The notes beneath the pieces are model-generated. The model made no database searches and was not told the origin of the DNA. It worked only from the letters and a program-made list of their open reading frames with translations. A stretch of DNA of 62,610 nt, counting the filler, from Choristocarpus tenellus KU-1152 (lineage: Eukaryota; Protista; Phaeophyceae), in the NCBI GenBank assembly GCA_964200185.2. It is 10 parts of 10 records of this genome, joined end to end, with 100 filler letters (N's around TTAATTAATTAA, not from the genome) between each part and the next. Parts side by side here need not be neighbours in the genome. Positions count along the whole stretch, not along the records: positions 21,614 to 26,228 come from CAXNAD020013788.1; positions 26,329 to 38,639 come from CAXNAD020001879.1; positions 38,740 to 43,315 come from CAXNAD020013948.1; 7 more parts are not named here. One strand, written 5' to 3'. Numbering within the stretch: the stretch's first letter is position 1; every line of letters starts with the position of its first letter. Both the position numbers and the translations under genes were made by a program. This document shows, piece after piece, positions 25,742 through 39,505 of this stretch.

Positions 25742-28700
25742 GGTGTAAGTGCATTTCGGCATTGTCCACTATTTCAACGTGAAACGTCTGCCGTTGGAAA
25801 CATCCCATCCGGAACATACGTAGGCACTGAAGATATATGCATTTGTAAATTTTTTAGGTGTAACTACATCCACAAGATGGTTATTTTTACTAAACAATAT
25901 AAACCCATTAATTTTATGAAAAGTAATGGTGAATCGATTTTCTGAAATAACTGTTACATGTAGTCTTTTTCATTGTCTTTTAAGTCTTTGTTTATCAGCA
26001 AATAAATTAGCATGATCTTCTATTATAATAGCATTTGCCATTGACAGTGACGGAAATTGCACATAGTAACAACCACTAAGGATTATGTTGTCTGCCTATG
26101 AAAGCTATCAACCACCTTAAGTGATTAACGTGTCACCCTCCCCTCAACGACGTGTGCGGTGTTGAAGATTTTCCGACGTATCCACCCCTCATTGCGCTTC
26201 TGTCGGTCGTGAACACAACCACACGTCTNNNNNNNNNNNNNNNNNNNNNNNNNNNNNNNNNNNNNNNNNNNNTTAATTAATTAANNNNNNNNNNNNNNNN
26301 NNNNNNNNNNNNNNNNNNNNNNNNNNNNACCAAGTTCCAAATTTCAATAAATCGATCGCCATCTTTTTCCGGCGTACCAGGAAGCCCCCCCCCCCCCCCA
26401 GATACTTTGCAAAATGAGAGTGAGACTATCCAAGAGAGTGAACTTCCACTGAGTTTAAGCTCCTATTCAAATCCTGTGCCATGTACACCCACACGCCCAT
26501 ATCAAAACGCAAACTTCCCCCTTGTTAAAACTGTAAACATAGAACAGAAGATTGAGAGTTAACACAGTATTATCCAAGAGAATTTTCCTCAATAGGTGTC
26601 TACAATGATCTCTTACCACAATAGAGTCGTAGGGGACCTTCAACCTGAGGCCATCCCTCTCTGAGACGGCACCATTTGTAATCAATCCAGCAGATGTGGA
26701 TATAGTCTGAAGACTATCAATGCACATCAGCATGATGGATCAAACCACCACTATTCTCCTGAGAAGGAAGAAACTGGTTAACCAGCAATCGACCCCAAGC
26801 AGTGTAGTATCATTGTTAAAAGAGTGATTTAAAACTAGTGGCATGTGTTGTGCTTCACACACAAAAAGACCTAGTTACCACGCAAGCGCGCTACCTCTCT
26901 TCAAATTTTTCTATCAAGCTAACTATGACCTGTACCTTTTGATATCTATAACAACTAGGAGTGCTTGATTAGCCTCTGTGAACGGAGCATTTAAAGACGT
27001 TTGCAAAATCACCCTTTTCACAAAACAAAGTAAAACCCTCCATTTACTCAAACAAACCAAAAAGCAGCACCCTGCCTGCCCACCATGAGGCCTCAAAAAA
27101 AAAATCCAAAAAACCTCACTCGCCCCATAAAAAGGCACACACTGCAATAACAAAAAAAGATACAAGGAAAACCACACATACCTACGAGTGGCCCAGTACC
27201 TCATCTTAATCCTACAGTAGTCTTACTCTATAGCTCAAACATCAGAAAGTTGGGTAACACTCTGAGCCACTGCACACACGCTTTCGTCCAATTAATTTAT
27301 CACACATATAAAACAAGGCTACACTAAAGCCTACACTTGGGAGGGTCCAGATCCCCTCTTGATAAGGTTAGAGCTAGGCAGGCGGTGAAAGCATAAGCCC
27401 AAGGTGCAACACACACGCACACACACACCCCTACTGACAGGACAACATGACCATACTCTGTGGCGCATAAGCTGGTCTTCTCAGAACAGGTCCACCTATG
27501 AGCACAATCTTGTTTCATTCTCACAATCATAAAAATACACATTGTAGTATGGTATAAAACGACGTAATATGCAGTAATTGCCACACACAAAAGTCAAGCC
27601 TGTAAAGCAAGCACACCATTGGTCACACGCAGAAAAAAATACTGAGAGAGTCCCTTCCACCTCACTGACACAACACACACTCACACAAACACACCCACAA
27701 CTGTACCTGTACCTGTCTGTACCTGTACCTGCACCCCAAAAAAAACTGCAAAAACACAAAAGTCAGCCAAATCAACTACAAACCTCACAGCCTCCTGTTA
27801 CTCTGTGTCCCATACCACCACCTTCCACAGGTCAAATGAGGAGGCAGAAGCTCATGCCAAACCTTCTCAACTAGGCAAGGAAATACAGTTATTTGTTCAA
27901 AACAGAGCAACCCTCCCCAACCGTCCCACCTTCCCCCACCCCGCCACACAAGACTAACCATGCATAAAACTACTGATCTCATGGTCTGATAGAAAAATGC
28001 CAAACAGGTAAGTGGGTTGGCAGGGGGGGGAAGAGAAGGGGAGGGGGAGGAGGTACACAGGCACACTCATACAGATTAGGGCTGACATACAAAATACACA
28101 AGGGGCAGAGCTCAAAGCACAGTTCTGGCTGCCTGGCACCACCAACTAGAGACCATAACTAAACCAGACATTATGGCAATATTCTTGGTCACAACCAACA
28201 TGCTACAGCAAGGTTCTTGGTTAGTAACCGACCCCCTACTACAAGTATCCACCAACCGCCCAACTCCATGCTACAAACCTAGTTATTGCCAAAGGCATTT
28301 AGTGCCCTTTTCCCCCAACAATAACAACGTGTAAAAACTATCCAACAAAATGCAAAAAAAGATCAGAGAGAAAAAAGGAGACGCAGGGAGAGCCCACACC
28401 CCTCTCATTTTGTCTCCGAGAGGAAATTTTGTGCACCTACACAACACGGCTAATTAGAAGCAACGGGATAGATGAGAACAAAAACGATTCCCCACAATAG
28501 TGAAACATCCATCTTTCAACAGCTATAAAAAAATCATTTCACACTCCAACCCTGAGTCCTCCAAGTGACGCCGGGTTAAGAGCGCTCTGAATAATGCCAA
28601 CTGTAAAAGGATGGCCTCTAGTAAGATCAGAAACTGCATGGTGTGTGTGCTGGTGGGTTACACAGGAGAGCCTGAACTCCCCCCCGCTTGCCCTTCTTAA

Positions 28701-28937
28701 CACACACAAGACAACCATGAAAAATAGAGTGGGGGGGGAGAGGGGGAGCTGCCGCTATACAATGCAGAGGAATTAGACAAAGAGTAGATAATATCCAAGT
28801 CACCTCTGTGCCCCACTACACTCCAAACACCAACACTCCATACCTGGCTAACTTTGCTATACCCTTTGCTGGACATTCAAAGATATGATTTTACATTCGT
28901 ACGACCTGCAAATCAGGGACCGTACGTAAGGTGTGAG

Positions 28938-31220
28938 TCACAGTCCAGGATTTCGGCAGTCACCTCCTTTCCTGGCCTCAACCCCCTCACCAACTGATTC
29001 CCCTCTTCCTTGGACACAAGTACGCCTCTTATGGGGCGAGAAACAGCTCCCTGTTGTCCGTATAAGAGCACGCTTCTGCCCTGACAGTGAACCTGGCACA
29101 AGCACCTCCCCGTTACCCCCCTCAGCACACACCCCAATGCCATTCCCAGACAACGTGACTTGACAGCAGCCTGACGGACGAGAGTCGACCACAGTCCTCG
29201 GCTGAGGTCCAGGCATCGCCCTTGCAGGGGAACTTCCTCCAACGCCTCTGGAGCACTGACTTGTACCAACACTTTCTCCCACACCAGAATTTCCGTTCAT
29301 ATTTCCCACAGGTAAGACCCCAACATCCATGCGAGCAGCTCCATCTATTACCCCTGTGGGTGATCCCCACCCCTCTGCCTTGTCATCATCCCCACAGCCA
29401 CGTCCCACCCCTCCCTCTAGAGCAGATGCTGCCTGATGGACCGTTGATTTCACCGATGAAGTTACATCTGCAGCCTCTTCAAGGCCCATCATCACAGCAG
29501 CACAGGCTGATACACCTTCCACATCCACCGCAGCACCAGGACACCTCACCTCTCGTGCCCTGGAGTCGCACTCTCGCAGCACTGCACCCTTGAGCCAGCC
29601 AAGTCCAAGCATCTCAAAGGCACAGATGAAGGCAGCAACAGCAAGAGTGAAAGGAGAGTGGGAGAACCAACACACATGCGATTGCGCCTTTGTGAGGAAG
29701 TGGGATCCAAGGGAGAGAACCTTGTCCAACGGCGTGTCAGATGGCCAGCCAGGGTGGAGAAGAATGATGAGACAATGGAGCATTTCATTTGCACTGGGAG
29801 GTGCAAGTCGAAATTGAAGCTTGTGGAGCATGCTGATCTCCATTGTCCGAACCTTTGATTTCACGATAGGGGGGTAAAAAGCGTGGAGACAAGGAAATGT
29901 AGTGAAGGGGGTGATAAGGAAGGGGGGGTAGGAAAGAAGACTGACGTCGCAAAAGTTTCGTTTTATAGACTTCACCGATGGACGTAAGAGTGAAAGGCTC
30001 CCATGAAGGGAGGAATAATAGGTGGGCTAAACTTTGCTCCTGCTATCAAGGTAGATGGGTTGAAGAAGTCATCTCCAATACACCACATAAACGTTAATGA
30101 CGCGCTCAACGTGCATTATTGGGGTAGAATCGAGGCGAGCCTATTACTTCGGGATTCAGCGGCAGAATGAACAAGGAAATGTAATTTAGAATGACGAAAT
30201 GCGTCTGACCTGTTGGGGAGTAAATATCTGTCCCGTAAGTTGCGCAAGGCAACTCATATGAAGAGGTTTGACCTCTTCCATCTTGGAAGCGATTAGAAGT
30301 GATACATATGCCACTAGCTGAAGCAGCAGCGAGCTGTCAACTGGTCGCAAAGCCTTGGCAACATATCTGTAGATGTAGGGGAGAGCACAGATGAGGGTGA
30401 TAGGGATGGGAGGTGTACATACCAGCTCTCAAGGTGGCGTAATTGGAAGGAAACACACGGGATTCATCTGAGGAAGGGCACCAGGGACCACGATTCACTG
30501 AGGTGCTCACACACCTGTCGAAGTTACTCAACGCAACCATCACAGTTTCCCTGGAGAAACCATACGACAGTGCCACCCCGGAAAACCATTCCACAACTGC
30601 AGCCCTCATCCGAAGGAAGCCTGGAAGAACACGATTGATCAGGTGGTGAGAGATGATCAACAGTTATTGACATTTTTCAGACATGGAGTGTTGTGGAAAA
30701 AAAGGGCTCCGACCATCGGTCATGAGGTAGTACCCAGCGGATGAACCCATATATGCCGATCCATCTCCCTCTTCGTATGATGGAGGACAGAGGCACAGAT
30801 ACTAAAGGAGTATATAGAGGGTGGGGGTGTTCGTACTTGCGAAAACAAAAACGAATACATTCCTGTTCAACTTCGTCGAACACCTGTCACGTGGATTACC
30901 CTCAGAACACATGGATCCCTTGGAGATTCAAACCTTACTCTGTGTTTGCGTGGAAATCATTCTCAAATAACATCGAAAGAGGGATTCAACCGTACATGAG
31001 TACGCAACCTACCTTCTTCCTTCATGGCATTAAGATTCTCTGGCTCAGGGCGATACTCGTCCATCTTGCGCAGAAGCGCCCGAAGGAATACGTCATACTC
31101 GAGTTCTTGATGCTGGGGCAACCTGCTCTTCGCATCCGCTGGACAGTGAGAGTGCTGCGAGGCCAGGGTCGAGGCAATTTCCCCACAGAATAGATCAGGC
31201 TCTTCCTGGTGCCCTATCAT
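28938..31220 (-). CDS. Cyclin, D-type-like (N-terminal LxCxE), 4 exons, ~461 aa
   Basis: Exons 31220-31013, 30620-30515, 30366-30210 and 29852-28938 are in frame (1386 nt). Cyclin box: MRAAVVEWF...FSRETVMVALSNFDR|YV...LQLVAYVSLLIASKMEE...|VRTMEISMLHKLQFRL. LFCGE lies at 31193-31179. An alternative start is at 31253. Confidence 0.88.
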
Positions 31221-33140
31221 CCTAGTGCATCCCCCTCTTGTATCGTTCCTCATGACTGACCTGCAGATGGACTTATAACTGGTGACCTCGTGGTCATCTA
31301 TCAGACCTGTGCAGGGGAGACTCTCTGAACGACTGTCAACACGAATTTTCCTTGACTCCACTCTTCGATCCAATGATTCCTACAAAATTCTCAACTGGTT
31401 AAATCGCAATTGACATCAGTAGTCTTTCTACCAAAACTGTGGCTGGATAGTGACGGTGGAAACGTCTCTGAGAAGCTGACCCCGTTCACAACTACCCTCT
31501 CCCCTCTCTTCTTGGAGAATCCCTTCTACGTGCCACCCAATGGCCACGAAGCAAGGCAAGGGGGAGTAAGGGCTGACAGAGGGTCTGAGGTGGCCTTATA
31601 GAGAGGGTTGCAGTATGTTGTTAGAGACAAAGAGGTAGTGTTCTCACAGTGTAGTGCGATATTAAAAACATATAAAGAGAACATATTGAGGTAGTCACAC
31701 AGTAAACAGTAAACAGTACTATGAACCCTATTTTTATATCAAAGTCCGAGATTCTGGATGTTGTTACTTTCTTGTTTATTTCTCAAGATCTAACACTCAC
31801 ACTATAATTCATCACAAATTCGGTGTGCTATTTCTTTCGTAATTATTCCTGCATTTCGTTTCTTTTTTCATAACTTTCAAACTTCAAGATATAGACTGAA
31901 CGGCTACATAGACCTCATAGAATCAGTGCCGCTCAATCTTGGGGTCCTCTTTGTGACTTGAACTACCAAACCCTCGCCGTTCAGATTATCTCATGGATCA
32001 TGTATTTTAGAACAAACAGTGTGAAAAGGTTTTGAGTTCCTCCGACCTCTCTGTTTTGGTAGAGACTCTATGATTGTATGATTATTTGTCTAGTTTTGAA
32101 GATGTAGACCTTGATACAATTACGTAGGAGTTTTGTAAGCTTATTCTTTCTTCGCTTCTCACCTATCACCTTCCACAATATTGTTTTCTTTCCTTTTTCC
32201 AGTTCCTATTCCCTATGGTGTATGTGGAACAAGTTTCCACAAAATAATTTCTACTCTGCATCCTTATTCTCTAATACAATGGATGAGAGGACAGATGTCC
32301 TGCCCATGGTATAGATGGATGTAATGGTGATGTATGTCGTTTCGAAAAATATGGTGGATGATGTGTGGAATAGAGTTCTAGGAAGCAAGGGTAGTTCCCA
32401 ACCAACCCCCAACAAAAAGTGGAGGAATATCCAAATTTGTCATCTTCTTTAAGAATAAGGATACCTAAATTACATATACCGTCAACGGTTTCTTGTCAAC
32501 TCATTGTTTTTGTGGTTTTGTACCAATACCTCTGTTTGAAAACATCCATATGATTTGAAGATGTGGGTATTTATATTATTATGCCCTCTCATGTGGGTAT
32601 CATAACTACTATATTTTTTTCTTACTCTTTATATTCTCGACATACTTTCAACGATTCTATGTCCAGTATCAGTCATGGATACTCCAGTTTCCATCTTTAA
32701 ATGAATTGTACAGATTATGTTGGATGTTCCTGTTTCTACTCAAGCTTCCACTGACTAATACAATATAGCCTTATCAGTAGAAGTGTAGATAGCCATTGTT
32801 GTTGATAATATCGAGTAGTATGTTTAAAAAATATAATGGAAAGGTTTAGGAACAACGAACTAAAAAAATAAAAACGTGGTAAGAGTTCATATTGAGTGGA
32901 TAATAATTATAATGATACATCGAAGCACTTGGTATTTTTGATAGAAGAAAATGATTCCTACACAACCACCAAAAAACCAGTGATCTATGTGCAATCTGAC
33001 TCATTTCTTTCTTCTTCTTTCTTCTTTCCCCATTGTTCTTAAGGTTCTTCGCTAGTGTTCTTGTTATTACTGTTGTTCAATCTTCAATCTCGCTTAACCA
33101 CTCACAACCGTGATCAGGCCTCTTCCCTGAAATTATATCT

Positions 33141-34290
33141 GTGGTCATGGATTGAGTTGGCTACTTATTGCGTTATTATTTGCTATCTCTTATTATTTTT
33201 ATATTTTTCTACTACAAAAACCTCAAGAGGTTGGGCTGATCAAGAGTGAACACATTTGACTGAACCACTCCCTCGTTATTCAATCTCTCTTGAACATTGC
33301 TACAAAGTTAACCTATAACGTCATAATAGTAATAAATATGGGTTCTTATTCAATTTGCTTTTCCCCTGACATATCTACAAAATGTTAGAGGGTATAATAA
33401 TTGAAGAGTACAATATGATTATGTTGTATCCTCCTACAATCTATATTCTCCACGTACTGCCTTTTTAGACTTACAAATTGCGATCATTTTTCGATGACTT
33501 CCGTATTTGATTACTGCCCTCCTTGGAAAAGGTTGGGGTGATAAAGAATGAACACATTTGAGTGAACCACTCCTTGTACTGTGCTCATGGATTGAGTTGG
33601 CTATTATTGTGTTATTATTTGCTATCTCTTATTATTTTAATATCTTCTCTACCACAAAAACCTCAAGAGGTTGGGCTGATCAAGAGTGAACACATTTGAC
33701 TGAACCACTCCCTCGTTATTCAATCACTCTTGAGTATTGCGACAAAGTTAACCTATAACATCATAATAGTAATAAACATGGGTTCTTATGGTATTCAATT
33801 TGCTTTTCCCCTGACATACCTACAAAATGTTAGAGGGTATAATAATATGTATTAAAGAGTACTAAATTGTTATGTTGTATCCTCCTACAATCCATATTCT
33901 CCAGGTGGTACTGCCTTTTTGGACTTACAAATTGCGATCCTTTTTCGATGGCTTCCATATTTGATTACTGCCCTCCTTTTGGAAAAGGCTGGGGTGATTA
34001 AGAATAAACACGTTTGAGTGAACCACTCGTTGTAGTGTGTTGCCCTCTCGTTATTCAATCACTCTTGATTTCTGTTGAACCTCTAAGCTGCACTACCTGC
34101 TGACTCCCAATAAAAAAGAGTACAAAATTTTTGAGAGTCATCCCTATTATATTGATTGTACCCTTCTACAAGACGTGTTCTACATACAGCCTTTGCGAGC
34201 ATTGCCATTCATATTTCAATGGCTCTACTAGGTGATCACTGTCCTCCTTTTGGAAGAAGTTGGAATGATCAAGAGTGAACACATGAATCA
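33141..34290. repeat. Tandem duplication of a ~440-bp unit with internal sub-repeats
   Basis: Units start at 33141 and 33581 (GTG.TCATGGATTGAGTTGGCTA...) and are highly similar. The sub-repeat AAGA(G/A)TGAACAC recurs at ~33242, 33545, 33682, 34000 and 34270. Confidence 0.9.
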
Positions 34291-35424
34291 TGAATGAGTA
34301 AGCACTGTTTTGAGTGATGTCTCAGTATTCATCACTCCCCTGTAACCTATGACTGTCCTTGTAGCTTAGAGGTTAAGAAGACTGTTCCGGCATATACTTC
34401 GCAATGTCAGGGATTCGAGTAACCCCATCAACACCAGACTTCATTTTATGGAAATCTGGCTTCGAGTTTCCAGTTCCACATGGCATGGAAGCACATATTG
34501 TACACCTCTCACCCTCCACTATGATTCCCTATACCACAAAACGCCTCATCAAGGTCTACGAAGCACGAAGCAACGACCAGACAGGTTCAGCACAAGATTC
34601 GAGGGAGAAGGGGGAACGACGATTGATTAAATGACTGAACCCAACGCGCAAGAACCAAGGCGCGAATGGAGGTAATACAATTAATCGTATTAGGACAGTT
34701 ACTCATAATAATTTGTAGACCCTTGACCAGCAAGTTTCATTTGTCGGTTGTGAACGTGAGGAAAGACTTATCATAAATATAAAGAAAAACGAAATATTGT
34801 ATATATTTATATGTGAGTAAGTGGTTGTCTGTAGTGTGGGACCAAAACGTGGATGTTGGCCTCGCCGGTCAATAACATCTTACCTTCCGATTTCTGAGAA
34901 GGCCTTCCTCACATGTCCAACTCACAATAACAACCAATGTCGAGTGAAATATAAATTGTGGAGTGTGGAGTGTCTCTGTCTATGGGCAAGGATAGTCCCA
35001 TAAATATGAATGAGGTGGAAGGTGAGGGCAAGGGACATCAGGTGATGTGGGCCATAAATTGACTTTCGATATAGGTAGCATGGCTTATGAAGCTATTACA
35101 GGTGTTTTGAGATTGTTGGAATGGGATGGAAATCACGCATCACTAGGAAAACAGTGGTATTTTTGAGACTTTACATGAGCAAGCATATACTGACAGAGAA
35201 GACCGCACATTAAGATGCTTGTGTGAAAATAAATGGTGCTATTGGAAAAAATACAGCATTTACCTTCAATGTAGCCATTAAGTATATTGGAGCATTGACA
35301 CACAAGGCATAAAACCAAAGGGTGCATATGTGTTGGCGCATTCTGCTCAATGCAGACACTAAATTATACGTATGCCTACACGTTAGTGAGTGGGCCTGGC
35401 CTTCCAGGCCTTGTTGTTATACCT

Positions 35425-35672
35425 AAGCATTTAAGAGGGTAGGAATTTTTCCTTGTTTGTCTGTTCGGCACTTGGCTTCCCACGGTGTTTTTATGCCCTT
35501 TTTCGGTTTTCTGTGTTGACAAAATTACCTAAAATGTATACCAATGTGAAAGGTGTGTCCAAAGCAAGGATATTGACACTAACAAACACCATGCCCAAAA
35601 TTCATCAATATCGCAACATTGGATTTATGATCCCGAAAGGACGCGGCCCTACCCTCTTAAATGTTTCGACTC
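35425..35672 (-). mobile_element. MITE family B copy
   Basis: AAGCATTTAAGAGGGTAGG...CCCTACCCTCTTAAATGTTTCGACTC, reverse orientation of the 11707 copy. Confidence 0.8.
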
Positions 35673-35799
35673 TGTTAGTTGATGTTTAAGTTACTGAAGT
35701 ATTGAAGTATTTAAGTGCTCTGAGCTCAAGCGGGCACACTGTTTATTTACATTCTACACGAGCTGCCACGTCTCCATCCATTTATCCGTCCGCACCCTC

Positions 35800-36410
35800 C
35801 TCCTCTTCGTCATTCTCTTCTACATACTCCTCAATCTCTAACACTCGAGGGATGTAAAACTCAGTCCCAGGGGGAACAATGAGGTTCTCCTCACAGAGCT
35901 CACTTTCCCCATCCTCCTCATCGTGGCACTATCACCATCCATTCAGGGCCTTTGTGACCCGCAGTGATTTTTATTTCATTTGAGTGAACGTGTATCATAT
36001 GTTAAGGGTAATTTCCTTTATCTGGATGCTCCTTCCTTTCCTTTCCCCTGCCTGGACCAAATCTGAAGGATAATCACCTGAAAAACGGCCATCAAACCGG
36101 GAAGTCTTACACCACCCCATCAAGCCGCGAATGGAAGCCTGGTCTAAATCCTCCCCACCCTTCAAGATACTATGGACCTCGTCTTCAGTTTCAACCTTTC
36201 ATCTGGGCATATTTGGCAGCTTTACTCAAAATCAGCAACTTGGCCTATGTCTCCATCTCCTTTGATGCTTCCAACCCCTTACCAGCATTCTTTCAGAGCT
36301 TGCACTTCCCTGTGATCCAGCCTGTGCACGATCACTTGTATCTCACAATTACTTTGAACAGGGGAAAAACCTCACGTAGCACGGACTTTGGAACTCCTAG
36401 CTACCGCATG
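35800..36410 (-). pseudogene. Degenerate coding relic of unknown family, copy 2
   Basis: EVHSILKGG...RGLMGWCKTSRFDGRFSGDYPSDLVQAGERKGRSIQIKEI followed by an acidic tail, with many stops. Confidence 0.55.
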
Positions 36411-39134
36411 GGATAATCTGTTGCTTCGTCTGATGTGATTAGATTAAGATCGTAGCACACACAAATTGACCACCATAATACAGACGGTTCGATTTTAAAT
36501 CGCCACTGTGCAACTGCTTAGACTCCTTTGCAGACGGTAGATGCACCTCTGGAATGCTAGGATCCTGGTCTTTCCAATGCGCCACTTAGCATTGATACAT
36601 TGTGATGGCTGTTAAGGCAGAAAAGCGAGACATACAAAACGAAAGTTTTACCAATCAAAAACTGAGAAACAGTGATGTGGAAACCAAGATTTAATGCCGC
36701 ACTATTTGTTTCTTATTAATGTGTGTAAGTGAAGACGAATTAAAATAATAATTGCAATTAATATTATCGTAATCATTATCGTTATCACAACAAAAAGTGT
36801 ATCTGTACCTTCCTCTTGACTCGGTGGGTAATGGACGCTGTTCCCTTTCAAATTGACTCCAGACTTTTCTTCGTGGGAACCTGGTCTTGATTCTACAAAA
36901 GTCCACATGGCAAGTCTGGCGGATTGTATAGTGTATACCAACCTATCACTACATCACCAACGCCAGACAGAGAACAAGGTGGTAACGCTTCATTGGTAAA
37001 TGATGTCAAGGTGAGTTCGGTACGAGATTTGAGGAGGGAGGTAGAGCGACAATGATAGCCGTAGGATGACTAACCCTAAGTTTGACTTGAGAGCGTTGAT
37101 TTCTCTATTCTTTGAAAATTTTCGACACAACTCGGAAAACATCTAATACGCATATGTAATTTTAAAAAAATGCTCATATTTGTCAGCATCCTTGAAATGC
37201 AACTCGTTTACTTTGACTCTGTGCCCATTACGACTGCCTACAGAACAATTCCCAAGATTATCATAAAAGTGATATTGCTTTAACACGCACAAGGACAGCT
37301 GCCAGATCCGCACACTTCTACAGCATTCATCATTACCTGATGGACATCGTGTAAACATGAAATATAAACTTACTCAATCAAGCGTCAATTCCAAACCATA
37401 AATATGTGATGCCACCAAAAGCAATCATTGCGAAACGTGGTTCCGACACAAAAACACGCTAATTAGTTACAGGTGGTGTAGAACTCACTATCATTATCGT
37501 GTTCAATACCATGATGCCAATTGTCGACCATTTGATTTCAATTTGACTCACACAATCACCCCCTACACATTATATCCATAAAAGGGAAGGTTATCCTGCC
37601 TATTCCTACTAACTCAGGTGTATACTACCTAAATTGAAACAAAAATGTAGAAACATAGGAGCTTCGTGTCTTTGTGTTTTTTTTATAATCCAAGTCCAAC
37701 AGTAACACAAGCGTCTAGTACTATAGATCAACCAACTAAAATAACACATTGTATACAATTTTGGGTGAGGGTTGGGGTTCGGGTTCACACATTTTACCAA
37801 TAATACGGGTTTCTGTCATAGACACTCTGGATGAGTGTTAGACTCGTCTGTTTTGTGATCCAATAAATAGTACAGAACTCGCGTTTTCCTTATCTACTCA
37901 TTTCTAGTTGTGTTTTGTTTAAGCATTATTCACAATTCAAACTTCGAAATAGTTGTGATATTAATAGGTGAATGTACTCATCTGTTGACGGAGGCGAACA
38001 TTTATCTCCTATACTTAATATCGTCAGGCACACACGGCCCAATATCATCAGTAACTCCCCGAAGTCACAAGGTGTATACTGAAATTGTGGGGAGCCGATT
38101 TGTTATGCTGGAGGGTATGGCACCGGTACCCCAGGATGCACTTGTGATTACTGCGAAGCGGAGGTGAGCTTCCTAAGTTGGATAGACGCCATCTTATAGG
38201 AGCAAGGTTGAGAGCTGTTTGAGTTTGGGTGCATGCTCCCTAGAGGCACTATTTGAGGACCCCAGCTAGATCACCGTGACTGGCTGAGCAGGATTCTTAT
38301 TGACAGTAGAATACCTCCTTGTCAAAATGATACAGTAGCTATTGCTCTTATTATCACGTTTTCCTTCTCTTAGCGTGGGGAATATCCTTACCTGTGAAGT
38401 GGTATCGCACACTACTTGTCAGTAGTATAGATATCCAGGGGAATACAAATCTGAAGTGTTTGTCACATCTACTTTTGATAAGCGAAATTAGATATAGAAC
38501 ATGCCGTCGATGAGGTTTGAACCTGTAAAAACTATGAGGGAGCACTTTGATACCTAAACAACAAAGTTAAAATATAGGAAAATGAGAGTTTATGAAGTAA
38601 ACTGAGTCTTGTGGGCGGGAGAATTCTGGTTGGCTGGGGNNNNNNNNNNNNNNNNNNNNNNNNNNNNNNNNNNNNNNNNNNNNTTAATTAATTAANNNNN
38701 NNNNNNNNNNNNNNNNNNNNNNNNNNNNNNNNNNNNNNNGACATGGAAAAATGGGCCCCGAATGGTTACCCGCCACCCCCCCCCCCCCAGATATTTCAAG
38801 CCTGTCAGTGTCACTTCAGAACAAACTGTGGGTAGAAGTGCCTCCTACTTTTCATCACTCAACCTATTTAGGGCACTGTACTTTTTTTCACTTAGAGCAG
38901 CAGTGGTTAATGCCTTTTAGGATTAGGTGTAGGATCTTGACACTTCCCTAGATTGTGGCACTATTGAACCACATATTCTCCCTAACCCTAGACTACCCAC
39001 CAAACGGAGGAACCAATTTCTTACAAGACAAAAACGACATATGTTCACCATTGACATGGGTAGGATCTACAAGGATGTAAGGGACTGCATTGCCGGAAGC
39101 TAACACTGGCCCCAGCGAAGCTGAATGCAACGCT

Positions 39135-39403
39135 GAGCCAAAGTATGTATCTTAGAGGGTTGGGCTGCGTCCATTTGAGGTCCAAAATCCATTGTCGCGA
39201 TTGTGACGTAATTTTGGCTATCATGTTTGTTAGGATTTATCAACATCCTTGTTTCAGATACACCCTTTTCATAACGTATGCATTTTACCTACTCCGAATC
39301 ATTTTGGAGTAGGAAAATGTCATAAAAAAACAACATGGGAAGCCTTGGCCCAAGTGCACAAACAGGACAAAGCTCGTACCCTAACCCTAAGATGCTTTCA
39401 CTT
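39135..39403 (+). mobile_element. MITE family A copy
   Basis: TIRs, GCT/GCT flanks, and a right TIR carrying CCCTAACCCTAA. Confidence 0.85.
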
Positions 39404-39505
39404 GCTTACCCTCTAGCCTGAGCGTCCCAGATAGCGTGACATCAATCCCACTACGGTGACATAAATTATTTATTTGACTGATTTATTGGATTGATCATTG
39501 TGCAG

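Noticed and set aside
33141-34290. CRISPR-like array (recurring AAGAGTGAACACATTTGA.TGAACCACTC)
   Set aside because: Spacing is irregular (~137-320 bp), the intervening sequences are themselves duplicated, no cas genes are seen, and the context is eukaryotic.
34354-34436. tRNA gene (A-box-like TAGCTTAGAGG, B-box-like GATTCGAGT, ends ACCA)
   Set aside because: No acceptor or anticodon stem pairing. At most a tRNA-derived SINE relic; tRNAscan-SE would settle it.
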